Below, one piece after another: positions 14,101 to 26,182 of a DNA stretch of 64,000 nucleotides. Source of the DNA: Azolla caroliniana (Eukaryota > Plantae > Polypodiophyta); contig JBHGNT010000022.1 of assembly GCA_043228905.1 (NCBI GenBank), positions 2,294,001 to 2,358,000 of the forward strand, given 5' to 3'. Both the position numbers and the translations under genes were made by a program. Under the pieces are notes generated by a model. That model did not search any database and was not told where the DNA came from. It saw only the letters and a program-made list of their open reading frames with translations. Each line of letters opens with the position of its first letter. The first letter of the stretch is position 1.

Positions 14101-15360
14101 ACAACTTCATTTATTCATGGCAAGCCCATCAGTTTAAGACTTGCATATCTAATTTTCCAAATGATGTAGTAGTCTCAATAGTAGATTTTGCAGAACATTA
14201 TACTTTCAAGCAACAGAATGAAATTCAATCTATGCATTGGTGTTCAATGCAGGTAACCATTTTTGTGCACATAACATAATTTCGAGTTTCAGGTGGTGTT
14301 AAAAAAGTAATTCATTTTTTAATTCTAATGATAAGAAGCATGATACCTTGTTTGTGTAACACTGTTTTATCTTACATTGGCAATGGTTATTATGTCAACG
14401 TTTGGAGCTTACTCAACATTGGGTCTGGTTCGATGGATCTGCGTCACAATTCAAGGTTAAAGGTCCATTTATTTTGTGGGGAGGTATCCTGCTATAACAA
14501 GTTTGGAGATGAGATGGATTTTTTTGGGTCTGGCCATGGTAAAGGTGACCATGATGGTGCAGGTGCTGTTATAAAGTGGTCACTTACCCATGAACAACTA
14601 AAGGCAGATGGTGTGTAGATGAGTTGTGCAGCACATGTAGTTGAATTTTTAAGAGCTAATATGTCAACGAGTGCAACTGGTGTTTATTCCTCGCGAGTCC
14701 GAGATATCAAACATGAATTTTGGGAAGTGAAGATAGATGAAGTAAATAGGGAGAAGACCTTGGAGTGCCAAGGAATTCCCGAATTGTGATCTCTCCATGC
14801 TATTCGCGGTTATTCTAGGTTGGATGGTCATTGTATTGTGGTTAGAGAATTAATTTGTTTTTGCGTCCATTGTGTGTAGGGAAATTGGAGGTATTGTTTA
14901 AACAAATCATATATTCAAAATTGGGAGTATCATACATTGAATGATAAGGAAGAAATTGATATGGAAACAGAAAAGAATGTTGACGTCACATATGAAGGAC
15001 GTGGAGATACTCTGAGTGAAGTCTTAAATGTTGGGGATAATTTCGCTATAAATGCAGAAGAAGGCAATTAAGAGGGTGTTGATTTCTATATATTGAAGTG
15101 CACGGTTAGTAAATAGTGTGCAACGCAGAATATTGTAGATGCTTGGGGAAATTTTGTATCTATCGGGACATTCTACATCGAAGGTATTTTTTACGATTAT
15201 GTGTATAGACTATTAGAAGACAAACTAGTGGCGTACATGTACTCTCATTTGGTCATGTGCATCAACATCCCAATGTCGCAATACAATAGCTGCTCAGGTT
15301 TATACATAGTTAGTGGTAATGTGTATGAATGTATTTACAACTGTCTTTTTTATATACAGT
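11166..15360 (+). pseudogene. Sola2-type DDD transposase, two exons (11166-11934; 13545-~15360), disrupted
   Basis: GT at 11935 and AG ending at 13544 join HLLDVP(Q/*)-VDLFIRF...MHSNIK in frame. Motifs: DFAEHY...NEIQSMHW, WFDGSASQFK, FFGSGHGKGDHDGAG, and Cys-rich segments. The end is approximate. Confidence 0.85.
11985..13520. repeat. Intronic satellite of palindromic TAGCTAATTAGCTA units
   Basis: Dozens of copies with short spacers fill the transposase intron. Confidence 0.95.
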
Positions 15361-15619
15361 CTTCTTTCTGTTCTTCTTTCTTAAAAACTAGTTTAATAAT
15401 ATCGTTTAGGGTTCTTCTTTCTTATATATATATTTACTCAAGTGAACCATGTACAAGTTAAAATAGTTTGCATAATTTGAAGAAAAAGTACTATCATGAA
15501 ATCAACAATCCTGAACATACTCTTAAAATTACTCAAAACAAGCAATTTAATTCTTCATTGATTAATCCGTCATCAAATTACATATTTATAACATCCCATT
15601 GGCAATGTCTACAAATCGC

Positions 15620-17298
15620 CTATAAATAGCTAAGGTCTTGCTAGTCAGTGGAACTTCTCTACATATATGATCTGCATACCGAGCTCGGTATGGAGTCCAC
15701 AACCATGCAGTTAGTTGGCAGCTCAATTGTTTTCACCAAGTAGTGTTCAGGCATTTCCTCGGGTAGAATGAGACAACATCTGCAAATGTTGAAGTAATGC
15801 CAGAAATGTTATGTATCCAAAATCAGTGTATTGTCGGCATTATATTTTGGCCAAGTGGCCCAAAACTCAGAAAGTCTTTTGAGTGTTGCAACATCCTTTT
15901 GCTCCCATTTCTCTCGTGTCCATTGACCCTTGAAATGTTGTCACCACTTCGGGAAGAATCTTTCTACACACTTCCACACATCTGTACATGGTTTTTCACT
16001 CCAAATAAACAAATCAAAGTATTGCACTACCCACTCTAGAAATTGATTTGCGTCCCTCCTTGGTGTCATATATCGCACACTCATCAGGACTTTATCAAGC
16101 TCCAAGATCAAGGGTCTTCTTTCGACTTCTAATGGTTTAGGTTTCCATTCCTGTAACTGAGCCTCTGTTACCCCAATTACTGGTAACACACGATCAATTT
16201 CAATCAACTCACGTTTTGTCGACACAATTGGTGTCCTTTTCCTCTTCACACCCCTTTGACGACTTAGTCATCAGTCCTTGTATTAGCTCGGTGCATGTAA
16301 ATACTGATCTGGTCGATATCAGCCCACTGGTATCACATGCTGCATCTACCTGCAAAATCAGATCATCTGTGCAACATGCTTGATCAATTTGCGTGACTAG
16401 ATCATTTGTGTCAGTTGCTACATCTACTTTCAAGAGGTGACCCTCTAAACACACAGCAACATCAACAGTTTCCACACTGCCATCGGCCTTAGGAGCAATA
16501 GATTCAAACCCTTTAGACTCTGCAACATCAGAAAACACCAACTATTCACACTCACAAAGTAACTAACAGTCTCACTAAACAACATAATGAACATGAAATA
16601 TTTTCCATCATAGAACAACATGAACATAATTATCTTGGAGAAACATCATAGATTTCTATTACATAATGTGGATCAAGCAACAACCAATCAAAGGTTTTAC
16701 TTGTCCAAATAGATCATAGTAAAACTTCATAAAACCCTAGGAAAATCGCTAACAATCATATCCCACTAATAAGTATTTTGCTCCAATTCAAGAGCCCCTT
16801 CACCGAGTAACTAGTCTTGTCCCTAATCGTGGCCCCTTCTTCAGTTTTTTCTAGCCGGTTGCCGATTTAGCTTTGCTTCTTTCACCCATTGCGCAAGTGT
16901 GTCCTCCTCCGACAACCATTCCATCACCTCAGCAGCGGCTTGCACATCAACCGTGTCTTGCGCTAGCTTTCCAGTTCTTTGGGATCTGTTTGGACATTAT
17001 CAGTAGTTGGACTCGATGGGGTGGAATCAAGGTTTTGGGATTCGAAGAAATGTTGCATCAAGTGTTCAAAAACATTGTTATTGTGAACCTCAGATTTACA
17101 TATTGTTCCCAATATTTCATGGCTTTTCACATCGTTGCCTAATTCAGTACAATCTTCCAAAAGAATAGAGTGGAGGTGATCTGAAGGAGATGTGATAGCA
17201 GGACTCTTACTTTCAGCCACGTTGGCAGCTATCTCCTCATCAGTTGCAGCGTCATCAGCACCGAACACCTCATGCACCCTCCTTAATCCACAAGATTC
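15620..17298 (-). pseudogene. 3' exons of the Sola2 second gene, ending in an FCP1/NIF (HAD) phosphatase-like domain
   Basis: RRPLILELDKVL...QFLEWVVQYFDLFIWS...KRLSEFWATWPKYNADNTLILD resembles FCP1/NIF motifs; upstream exons are acidic and low-complexity (16209-16541, 16963-17298). Confidence 0.6.
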
Positions 17299-17309
17299 TA
17301 CAACAACAT

Positions 17310-17463
17310 GGTAGCTAATTAGCTACTCAGCTACATCTTAGCTAACTAGCTATTCTTCTAGACTGTGACAATAGCTAATTAGCTACCACTGAGCTAATTA
17401 GCTACGTCGCTTAGGTATGGTAATAGCTAATTAGCTCAGTGGTAGCTAATTAGCTACTCTTTG
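17310..17463. repeat. TAGCTAATTAGCTA array, left part (contiguous with 35909-36405 before the insertion)
   Basis: Same palindrome on both sides of the CTTTG TSD. Confidence 0.85.
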
Positions 17464-20020
17464 TGTTACGAGCATGACCATATGATATCCCGTAGTGAGA
17501 ATTTACCGTAGTATTCTGACAACCTGTTAGGCCAAGTGTGAACTTGCCTGGGGGGCTTGGGTATCGCTATAAATATGAGGCCTAGCTACCCTCATTTCAT
17601 CATATCTTGACTATGTCGAGACTCTAACGTTGAGGTGGGTCAACTCTTGTAGCGAGCGCTCCAGCACCAGGTACGACTCGATGCCACGACGGTGGTATGG
17701 GACACCGATTGAGGCTTGAGTCCATCTCGATCCCTTCACTCGGGGGTGGTCAAGTGGATCGGCACCCTTCTTTCTCTCTCTCCTTTCTATCTATCTATGT
17801 TTTATCATTATCATATGCTTACTTTAGATCATAACTCTAACAGTTGGTATCCGAGCTTATGTTTCTAATGTTTCCTTTGTTTGTTTTTGTCTTCTTGATG
17901 GATGGTGATCGATCGTCGTGCGGTTGACCTTGATCTAGATAGCGATCAACAAAGGAACTTCGGTAACTCTTTCTTGTTTTCTTTTTTGTATTTTTTCTTC
18001 TCCCATCTAATCATGTATATGGTCAATATAAATTTTTTTTCATTGATTCAATGATGTTGTAGTGGTAATTAATTGGTTGTATAAAACGTTTACATATGTG
18101 TATGAGGTCAATACCTCATTTGACATATATTTGATATGTGATTCATGTCGTATGCGTACGAAGTTAATACCTCAATTGCGTATTACGTTCACATACATAT
18201 ATTATGTATGTGTATGAGGTCAATACCTCCATTTCTATGTAAATGATATGGGTTTGGTGTCGTATGTGTAAGAGGTCAATATCTCAATTGCGTATTAAGA
18301 TTAACCCTTATTTTTGGATGTTTTGTGTGCGTAGAGGCTATATGCCTCGATTACGTATCTCGATTTCATCATATGTTGGCTATTTGATGTTACAATTTTT
18401 TTAATATACACATATGTGGTCACGTGTATACGTATTTGATCGTATATATGTGATAAATAAACATATGTGTATATTTGATATTACGTGATCTTTGTATCGA
18501 ATGTTGTCCTTTTCGGGGAAAGGATCTTGGTGACCGTCCTCACGTTTTTGTGAGAATGGCGTAGTCACCATCCTTTTTTAAACAATTTTTTTGTTGACAT
18601 CCCCGTTGGTCACTTCGATTTCATTACGTAACAAAACGCTCATAGCCACAATGATTTTGAGAACGTAGGGCTTGACCCACTTCATGTGAGATCGCTCCTA
18701 TGGCACACATATCCGACAGTCCTCCCTCATTACATGGATACGATGCCACCTTGAGATCATTCTTACGAAAGGTATTCGTAATGACGTAACCATGTGATGG
18801 GTCACGTGGGCCTACTACGAAAAGAGGGTTCATTTGGCTTGACCATTAGGTTGCACTTTGGCATCTGCCATCGTAATTATGAGACTTGAGGTTAGGTAAC
18901 GTACCAACATAGTTTGTGGTAAATGAGGGGGAAATAAGGACTCTTGACATATATGTTTCTTTTAAAAAAACATATATGAGAAAATGCCTTGCATATCTCT
19001 TATACGCATAAAACATTAAACATTCAACACGAGCAACCTATTTGGTTAGCTCAAGTGTTTAATGCATTTGTTCTCAATGTCTCGAGTTCAAATATGACCA
19101 AGACCATACAACATTGTTGATACATATGACTATAATACATGTTTAGACTTTAGGTCTAAGTGCACTTCGGGGTCCTCGTAATAGGACTTAAAGAGCCAAA
19201 ACCACATATGTGGGCACAGAAACATAGTTTATTGTTAACATTTTTTTTGTGTATAAACTATTCATGATGCGAACATACATGGTTGAGCCTCGGGAAGCCA
19301 TCATGAAAAAAGTCGATATAGAGATTAGGGAAAGACATTCATTTGTCACCCCCATGGTTTTTAAAACACCTTTGTGTTACTAGAATAACCTGATCTTGAA
19401 CTTTATCTCATATGTCTAGAGAGGTATTGGTGTGAGACTATGATATCGATTAATGTTGGCCTATGATATGTTTGCATCACAACTTGATGTTCTGACTATT
19501 TGTTTGACCTTATCCTATTTCTTTGCCAAAAATAATCATTCAATGGCTCAGAATAACGACCCGATGTCATCCGCTCAAGCGGAAGGAACTCAAGGAAATC
19601 CTTCTGGAGCAATCTCCATTGAGTTGTATTTCTTACAAATACAAAATTTCCTTAGATGTCTGAACTTTGGCAATCTCAAAGTGCTCTCAGGGCACGTGTC
19701 ATTAGTTTACAACGTGACACTAATAGACCCATTGAGCGTCAAGGTGAACAATCATTTGTCGTAAATCCATTTACAGGAGAATAAAAGGAAAGAACCGAAG
19801 AAGCAATCTGCCCGGGGGCTCCACTATATATAAAGAGGTTGTATCACGTGCGTTCATGGCATCTTTTATAAACCCCTTATACGTATATTTTTTACTATTT
19901 TAGATACCCTTCTATAAAAAACGACTAATAAAAATACCCCTTCGTGTCAATATATATTTTGATAACAACTCATTTTAAATGCCCTTACATAGAAGACACA
20001 TGTATGTTTTATACATGTGT

Positions 20021-20055
<35 letters not shown>

Positions 20056-21983
20056 CATATGTATGTATTGCATTGTATTCCATGTTTATTTATTTATGTG
20101 TTGTATATCTTACATGTATGGCATGTGTCTATATGTTATGTGTATGTGTGTAGTGGCTTGTGTTTATTTGCACCTAAATCATAAAGAGGCCTACAAGAGA
20201 GTCGTTCCATGGACAATACAAGTTGCCCAACTTAGGGCATGTTTGATTTGGATAAAAAAGTGTCATAAAAAAATCTTGTTTTTGGTCACCCGACTCAAAG
20301 GCAGTCACCTAACAAGTCACTCGACTCAAATAAAGTACCCGACTATCTCAAGGCAAGCAAGTTACAAGTAAGGAAGTGATAAATTGAAAGAATGCTAAAA
20401 GTAAATGGCTTAGTGATTAGAGCCATTCCTTAGATTCAATGGGTTTAAAGTTTGAATCTTTGTTCCCTCTTAGTGAGAAGAGGGTTCGCTTTCCTTATTG
20501 GTCAATTTTGAGGTCTTTTACGTTTACTTCTTCTTCAACTTCTTTCTTTTTTAGGGTTTCAACATTTGGCTTTAGGGTATGAAGTTCCTTTACACTTCAT
20601 TTACATTTAAGGGGCACTAATAACGTTGTTGAATTCAACATCTTAATTATTAAATGTGTTCATTTTTTTTCATCACAAGTTTGTAGTTGTCGGCACACAC
20701 ACAAAGAAAAGATTAATTGAATTTTGAAGGACTTAAGGGAAGTGGCTCGACTTAACTTAAGGGAAGGGAATGTTATGATAGGAGAGAATTGGGGATACCA
20801 TGGGATTCTAGCAACAAGCAATTGATTCTTGCATGTCTATATTTCAAGAAGGGATAGAAACAAACAACATGGGAAGCTACAAACATGAACCAAATTTTGC
20901 ATTGAACCTAAGGTTTAGGGTTTACTAAAGTGGTAAGGATTGTTTTACTAATAAAGACTCAAGAGTTCATTATTTGGTTTAATAGTTATTCTCTATTTAA
21001 ACTTTATGAAATATCATCAACAATCATCATGAATACTCCATTGCAAGAAGTCCCTTCAAATGCTCAATCATTTCTCACATCCCAACATATTTCAATGAGG
21101 AAGAGATTAATATATGATTATTCAATATGTGAAGCTTATCAAACAATATATGTGCTACATGGATCTAGCCACATTTGACTTACATGATACATATCAATTA
21201 CACTATTGGCAATACAATATCCCCTTCTCGTACACCTTTTCCTCAAATTACATAGTTTGCAACAAACAAACACATGCAAAACCAACTTGCAATAATAATG
21301 AAACATGTTTCAAATCAAACCACCATTAGACCTAAGGGTCAAATGGTGTTTCAAAGAAACAATATTCATTAGACTAGATGAAAGTAATGGAAATAGTTTT
21401 ATATTACAACACATACAATTATTCATTTATCAATCAACTAGACTATCTTCCCCTTTTACAACAGCCACTCAGAAGCTTAAATATGTTTAATATTTGTAAT
21501 CAGTAGACCACCTCACTAGGTATCCTCTCCATATTTAAAATACTAATGAAGTGTTCTTCATTTTCCTACTACTTTACAAATGTGACCTTCTGATTGTTAC
21601 ATATCCGTTAGTCTAAGCAACAATCTACCTATTATGGGCTTTAAATTGCTCTATATTTAATTACTATGAGCATACAAGAGTTTAAAAGTAAACACATTTT
21701 GGTAAGCAACATGTGCATTGTATACAGTTGAGAAGCAATACCAGTTGATGTATAATTGAAAGTGAAACATGAATTATGTGCCCAAAACATTGATAAATAT
21801 TTAATCTAATTACCATGACTTACATGATGAATATAACACGTATAAGAGGAGCAAACTAGGACATACAAATTTAGTCCAAAGCTTTAGGATTTGGAAGTTT
21901 CAAAGTTTATGCAATTCATAGGAATGAAGACCAACCATACTGATAGAACAAAAGACAAACATAGGAAGAAATGCATGATTCAC

Positions 21984-22064
21984 AATCTTCTGGTAATGTT
22001 TGTTTCCACCTCTGCAAAGTTTGAGGTGGATAGCCATCATCCCAGGTCGAAAATAATTGGTTTC
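21984..22064 (-). pseudogene. SAMS: S-adenosylmethionine synthetase fragment 2
   Basis: ETNYFRPGMMAIHLKLCRGGNKHYQKI versus the plant MAT consensus [22 protein letters not shown].KT; preceded by a tttag acceptor. Confidence 0.75.
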
Positions 22065-22318
22065 CTAAATAAAATATATTTCTCGTCATTTCCATTTAAT
22101 TTGAAGAATAAAAAGGAAACACAATGAATACATAAAGCTATAGTACTATTATACATTCCTAAAGCAATATGCACAACCAAACATGATTTCTACTAAGCTC
22201 CTAAGAAGAACAATGTTCATTCTTTTCTCATGACTTTATTTGCATAAAAAAGAAGAAAATATGCCATAATGAGTGAAGAACAAGGCACAACATCCACCAT
22301 GGTCACAAGACAAATACA

Positions 22319-22453
22319 TACCCGGATAATGCAATGACGGGCAAGTCCTACTGCGACAATACTCTCCGCAGCTTGCTTCACAATGTAAGCTCCACTCCAA
22401 TCGACCTTGGTAGGGTCCTTCCTAGAGAACGCACCACCACCATGAGCTCCCCA
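22319..22453 (-). pseudogene. SAMS: S-adenosylmethionine synthetase fragment 1
   Basis: [45 protein letters not shown] matches the MAT signature GGGAFSGKDPTKVDRSGAY; not present in the ORF track. Confidence 0.92.
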
Positions 22454-22842
22454 CGAGGCTTCTCAAGAAGAAAAGAGTTCTTCTTGCCTATGAAATGATG
22501 ATAGCAAATACACAGATTAACATGGAAAAAAACATGAGAGGAAATGTTGCAAATGCATGTGTGCATGCATTCATACATGTATACAAACACAACCATGCAT
22601 ATGTAAATACTCATACACACATGCACACATGCGGAAATGGTTTAAAACTGATATAATACATAGATGATGAGCTACATAAAAGGAAGGTAACATTAAATAT
22701 TGTCGTGACTCTCTCTTTAAGAGATATTAATACACTTTTGTTGCTTCCATTTGCTTTCACTCTCTCTCTAAGAGACATTAATACATCTCCCCTTTCTTTC
22801 GAAAACCTAGTTCCTTTATCTATTAGACACTCTATTTAAGCT

Positions 22843-23563
22843 TTAGAAGAGTTGGTTATCCACAACATCGGTCACAAAAGGAATGTGAAGAATTTTTTCG
22901 AGAATGCAATAAACAATTCTGAAAACCATATAGTCAGAAGAAGCAAAACAAAGACAACATAGTAGAACAAGATGAGAAGATCAAAACCGAATCCACTCTT
23001 TGGGATGAGGATCCTCTAAACAATAAGAGGGATAACAATAAGAACATCCAAGACATATGCTTGCATTGCATTGAACCTAACATACCTCGGAAAGCTGGGA
23101 TTTTTGACAAGAGCAAGGTAAATTGTGAAAAAAATCACAAAATTTGCATATGGGATGCTCGAGTAGAGACAGAGGAGGAAACTGTCGTATTGCACCCCAT
23201 TGAGAATTGGAAGGAAATATCCTATTGTTGATAACACTCTATCTATGGCAAGTGTACGGCCACCATTCAAACCTCCATTCCTTGAAAATCCTCTGATTGT
23301 GTTGGTGATCATCTATGCTCTCCTTCTTCTGTCCTTTAACCATAACCCATTTCTTACTGATACGAGACCATGGAAGAGAGGGAGAAGACTGACCTAAGAT
23401 GGTAGTTTTTTATCAATACTTGAAGACCTAGTCGTGTGATGTCTCAACGAAGCCGTGAAGGAGGAGGACAAGAAATAACTTCTATGAGCGGTAACGCTAG
23501 GGGATCTTTTTGATTTTGCAATTGGTCGGAAGAGGAGGGGGAAGGAGAGAGATGTGCCGCCAT
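22843..23563 (-). pseudogene. TIC20: TIC20-II-like chloroplast inner-envelope translocon pseudogene
   Basis: DRVLSTIGYFLPILNGVQY...NPSFPRYVRFNAMQAYVLDVL...RILIP..GFG...IPFVTDVVDNQLF*; Ser/Arg-rich transit-peptide-like 5' part; stops, frameshifts and an internal deletion. Confidence 0.85.
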
Positions 23564-23809
23564 AGCCACGATCTCCAATACCTTTACTTTGTTTCTTTCT
23601 GTTTTCTTGTTCTTGCAATCCCCTTCCTTTAGATTTAGCGCTCTCTCACACTCTCTTTTACCCCCATAGCCCCTTTTTCTCTATCTCTGTCTCTCTCACT
23701 CCCCCTTTCTTTTCCCCCCACTTGTTTCCTAAAACACAAACATATGTAATCTCCCCCCTTTTCTTGCCCCATTTTTTAAACCAATTAATGTTTTAAAAAA
23801 AGTGTTGTA

Positions 23810-23875
23810 GCATGTTTATGTATGTATGTTCTATACACGTGTGTATGTTTATGGTTGTGGATATGTATATTCTTT

Positions 23876-23906
<31 letters not shown>

Positions 23907-24316
23907 CTCTCGCGTGATCTATACATGTGCATATATAATGTATTGTATTCCATGTGTTGTATGTATGGCATGTGCATATGTAAGTATGTGATATTATGTG
24001 TGTGTATGTGGAATGTTCTATATATATGCATATGTGTGTATTGTATGTACTATATGTATGGCATGTGTGTATGTACATGTATATATATGTTATGTGTGTG
24101 TGTGATGTGTATGTATTATATGTGCATGTGTATATATGTATGTATCTACATATTGTATTGTATTATATTGTATATATGGCATGTGTGTATATATTGTATT
24201 GTATGTATTGTGTGTCTAGCATGTGAGTATGTAGGGTATGTGTTATGTGTTTGTGTGTATGTTCTATGTATATGCATATGTGTGCATTGTATTGCATGTG
24301 TATGTATGTGTTATAT

Positions 24317-24364
<48 letters not shown>

Positions 24365-26182
24365 ATGTTCTATACGTGGGCTATTGTATGTACAACATGT
24401 GTGCGTATGACATGTATATGTGTTATGTGCGTGTGTATGTTCTATATATGTGCATATGTATTGTATTGCATGCATATATATGTATATGTTATGTATGCAT
24501 TTGTATGTACATATTGTATTGTATTAATTGTATATATGGGATGTGTGTATGTATTGAATTGCATGTGAATCTATGTACATATTGTAGTTTGTATGACCCT
24601 GTATGACCTATATATATGGTGACATGTGGAATATGTTTGCACATATGTAATGTATGTATGTAATATATGTATGTATGTTGTGTATGTACTGTATAAATGT
24701 ATGGATGTGTATGGATGTATGTTTGTAAAATTTATATGTGTATTATTGTAGGCATATGTACATATATATGGGTAGCAATGTATGAATGAATATATGTATG
24801 TATGTTATGCATGTAATGTATAAATGTATGTATGTGTATGGATGTATGTTTGTAAAATTTATATGTGTATCATGGTAGGCATATGTACGTATATACGTGT
24901 AGCAATGTATGAATGAATATATGTATGTTCATGTATGAATGTACATATGTATATGCATATGTAATGTATGTATGTATGTATGTCTATGTATGCATATATC
25001 CATATGTCAATGTATATGATTCGGTGTGTATGGATGTGTGATTGTAAGATGTAATTTATGTATATATCTAATGTATTTATATGTAGCAATGTATAAATGA
25101 ATATAGCCTATAGGTATGTCCATGTATGAATGTACATATGTGTATGCATATGTAATGTAATGTATGTACGTACGTACGTACGTACGTATGTATGTATGCA
25201 TATGTCAATGTACATGACTCAATGTATATGAATGTGTGATTATAATCTATGAATATGCAATGTATCTATGCACATGTATGAATGTACATGTGTATATATG
25301 TAATGTATGTATGTTTGTATGTGTAACAGTGTATGCATGTTTGCATACATGAGTGTGTGGATGTTTGTTCGTAATATTTATGTATGTGTATGTATATATG
25401 TACGTATGTGTATGTATATATTTATGTATGTGTATGTAGTTTGTGATGATATGTATGTATGTATGTAATGTATGTATGTAACGTATTTGTGTATGCATGT
25501 ATGTAATGTATGCATATATGTGTATGGATGTATGTTTGTAAAACTTATAACATTGTAGGCATATGTACGTATATATATGGGGATATGTGGAATATGTATG
25601 TACATATGTATGTATGTGTATGCATATATGTATATATCAATATGCATGATTCAATGAGTATGAATGTGTTTGTAATATGTGCATAATATGTATGTATATA
25701 TCTAATGTATGTATGTGTATGTATATGCGTGTGTGGTGCAGTGATATGTATGCAAATGTATGAATGTATGTATGTGTACATATACATGTAATGTATTTAT
25801 GTATGTATATATATGTAATGTATTTATGTATGTATATTTTTGGGATATTTTCATGTTTAGTATGTATATGGCTCGTATATGGATGTATGTTTGTAGTATG
25901 TATGTAATATGCATGTATATATCCAATGTATGTGTAAGCATACATATATCTAATGTGTGTGTGTGTGTATATATGTAAGTATTGTGGTTTGTATGGTCCT
26001 ATATCATCTATATATATGGTGATATGTGGAATATGTATGTACATATGTAATATATCTATATATGTATCTATATATGTATATGTGTAATTTATGTATGTAT
26101 GTGTGTGTAAATTTGTATATTGTGTAATTGGTATGGATTATATGCTATGTAATATCTAATTTATTTATGTGTGTTTGCGCGT
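23810..26182. repeat. Low-complexity TATG/TG satellite including (GT)n tracts; resumes at 29646-30320
   Basis: Composition is directly visible; ORFs here are spurious. Confidence 0.95.

Noticed and set aside
20232-20252. Tourist/Harbinger-like TIR (TTA-GGGCATGTTTGATT)
   Set aside because: No convincing partner TIR with a TSD was found.
22843-23563. Functional host TIC20 gene
   Set aside because: It has stops, frameshifts and an internal deletion, and lies inside nested TEs.
23785-26044. Many Cys/Val/Tyr/His-rich ORFs
   Set aside because: They are translations of TATG/TG low-complexity DNA.
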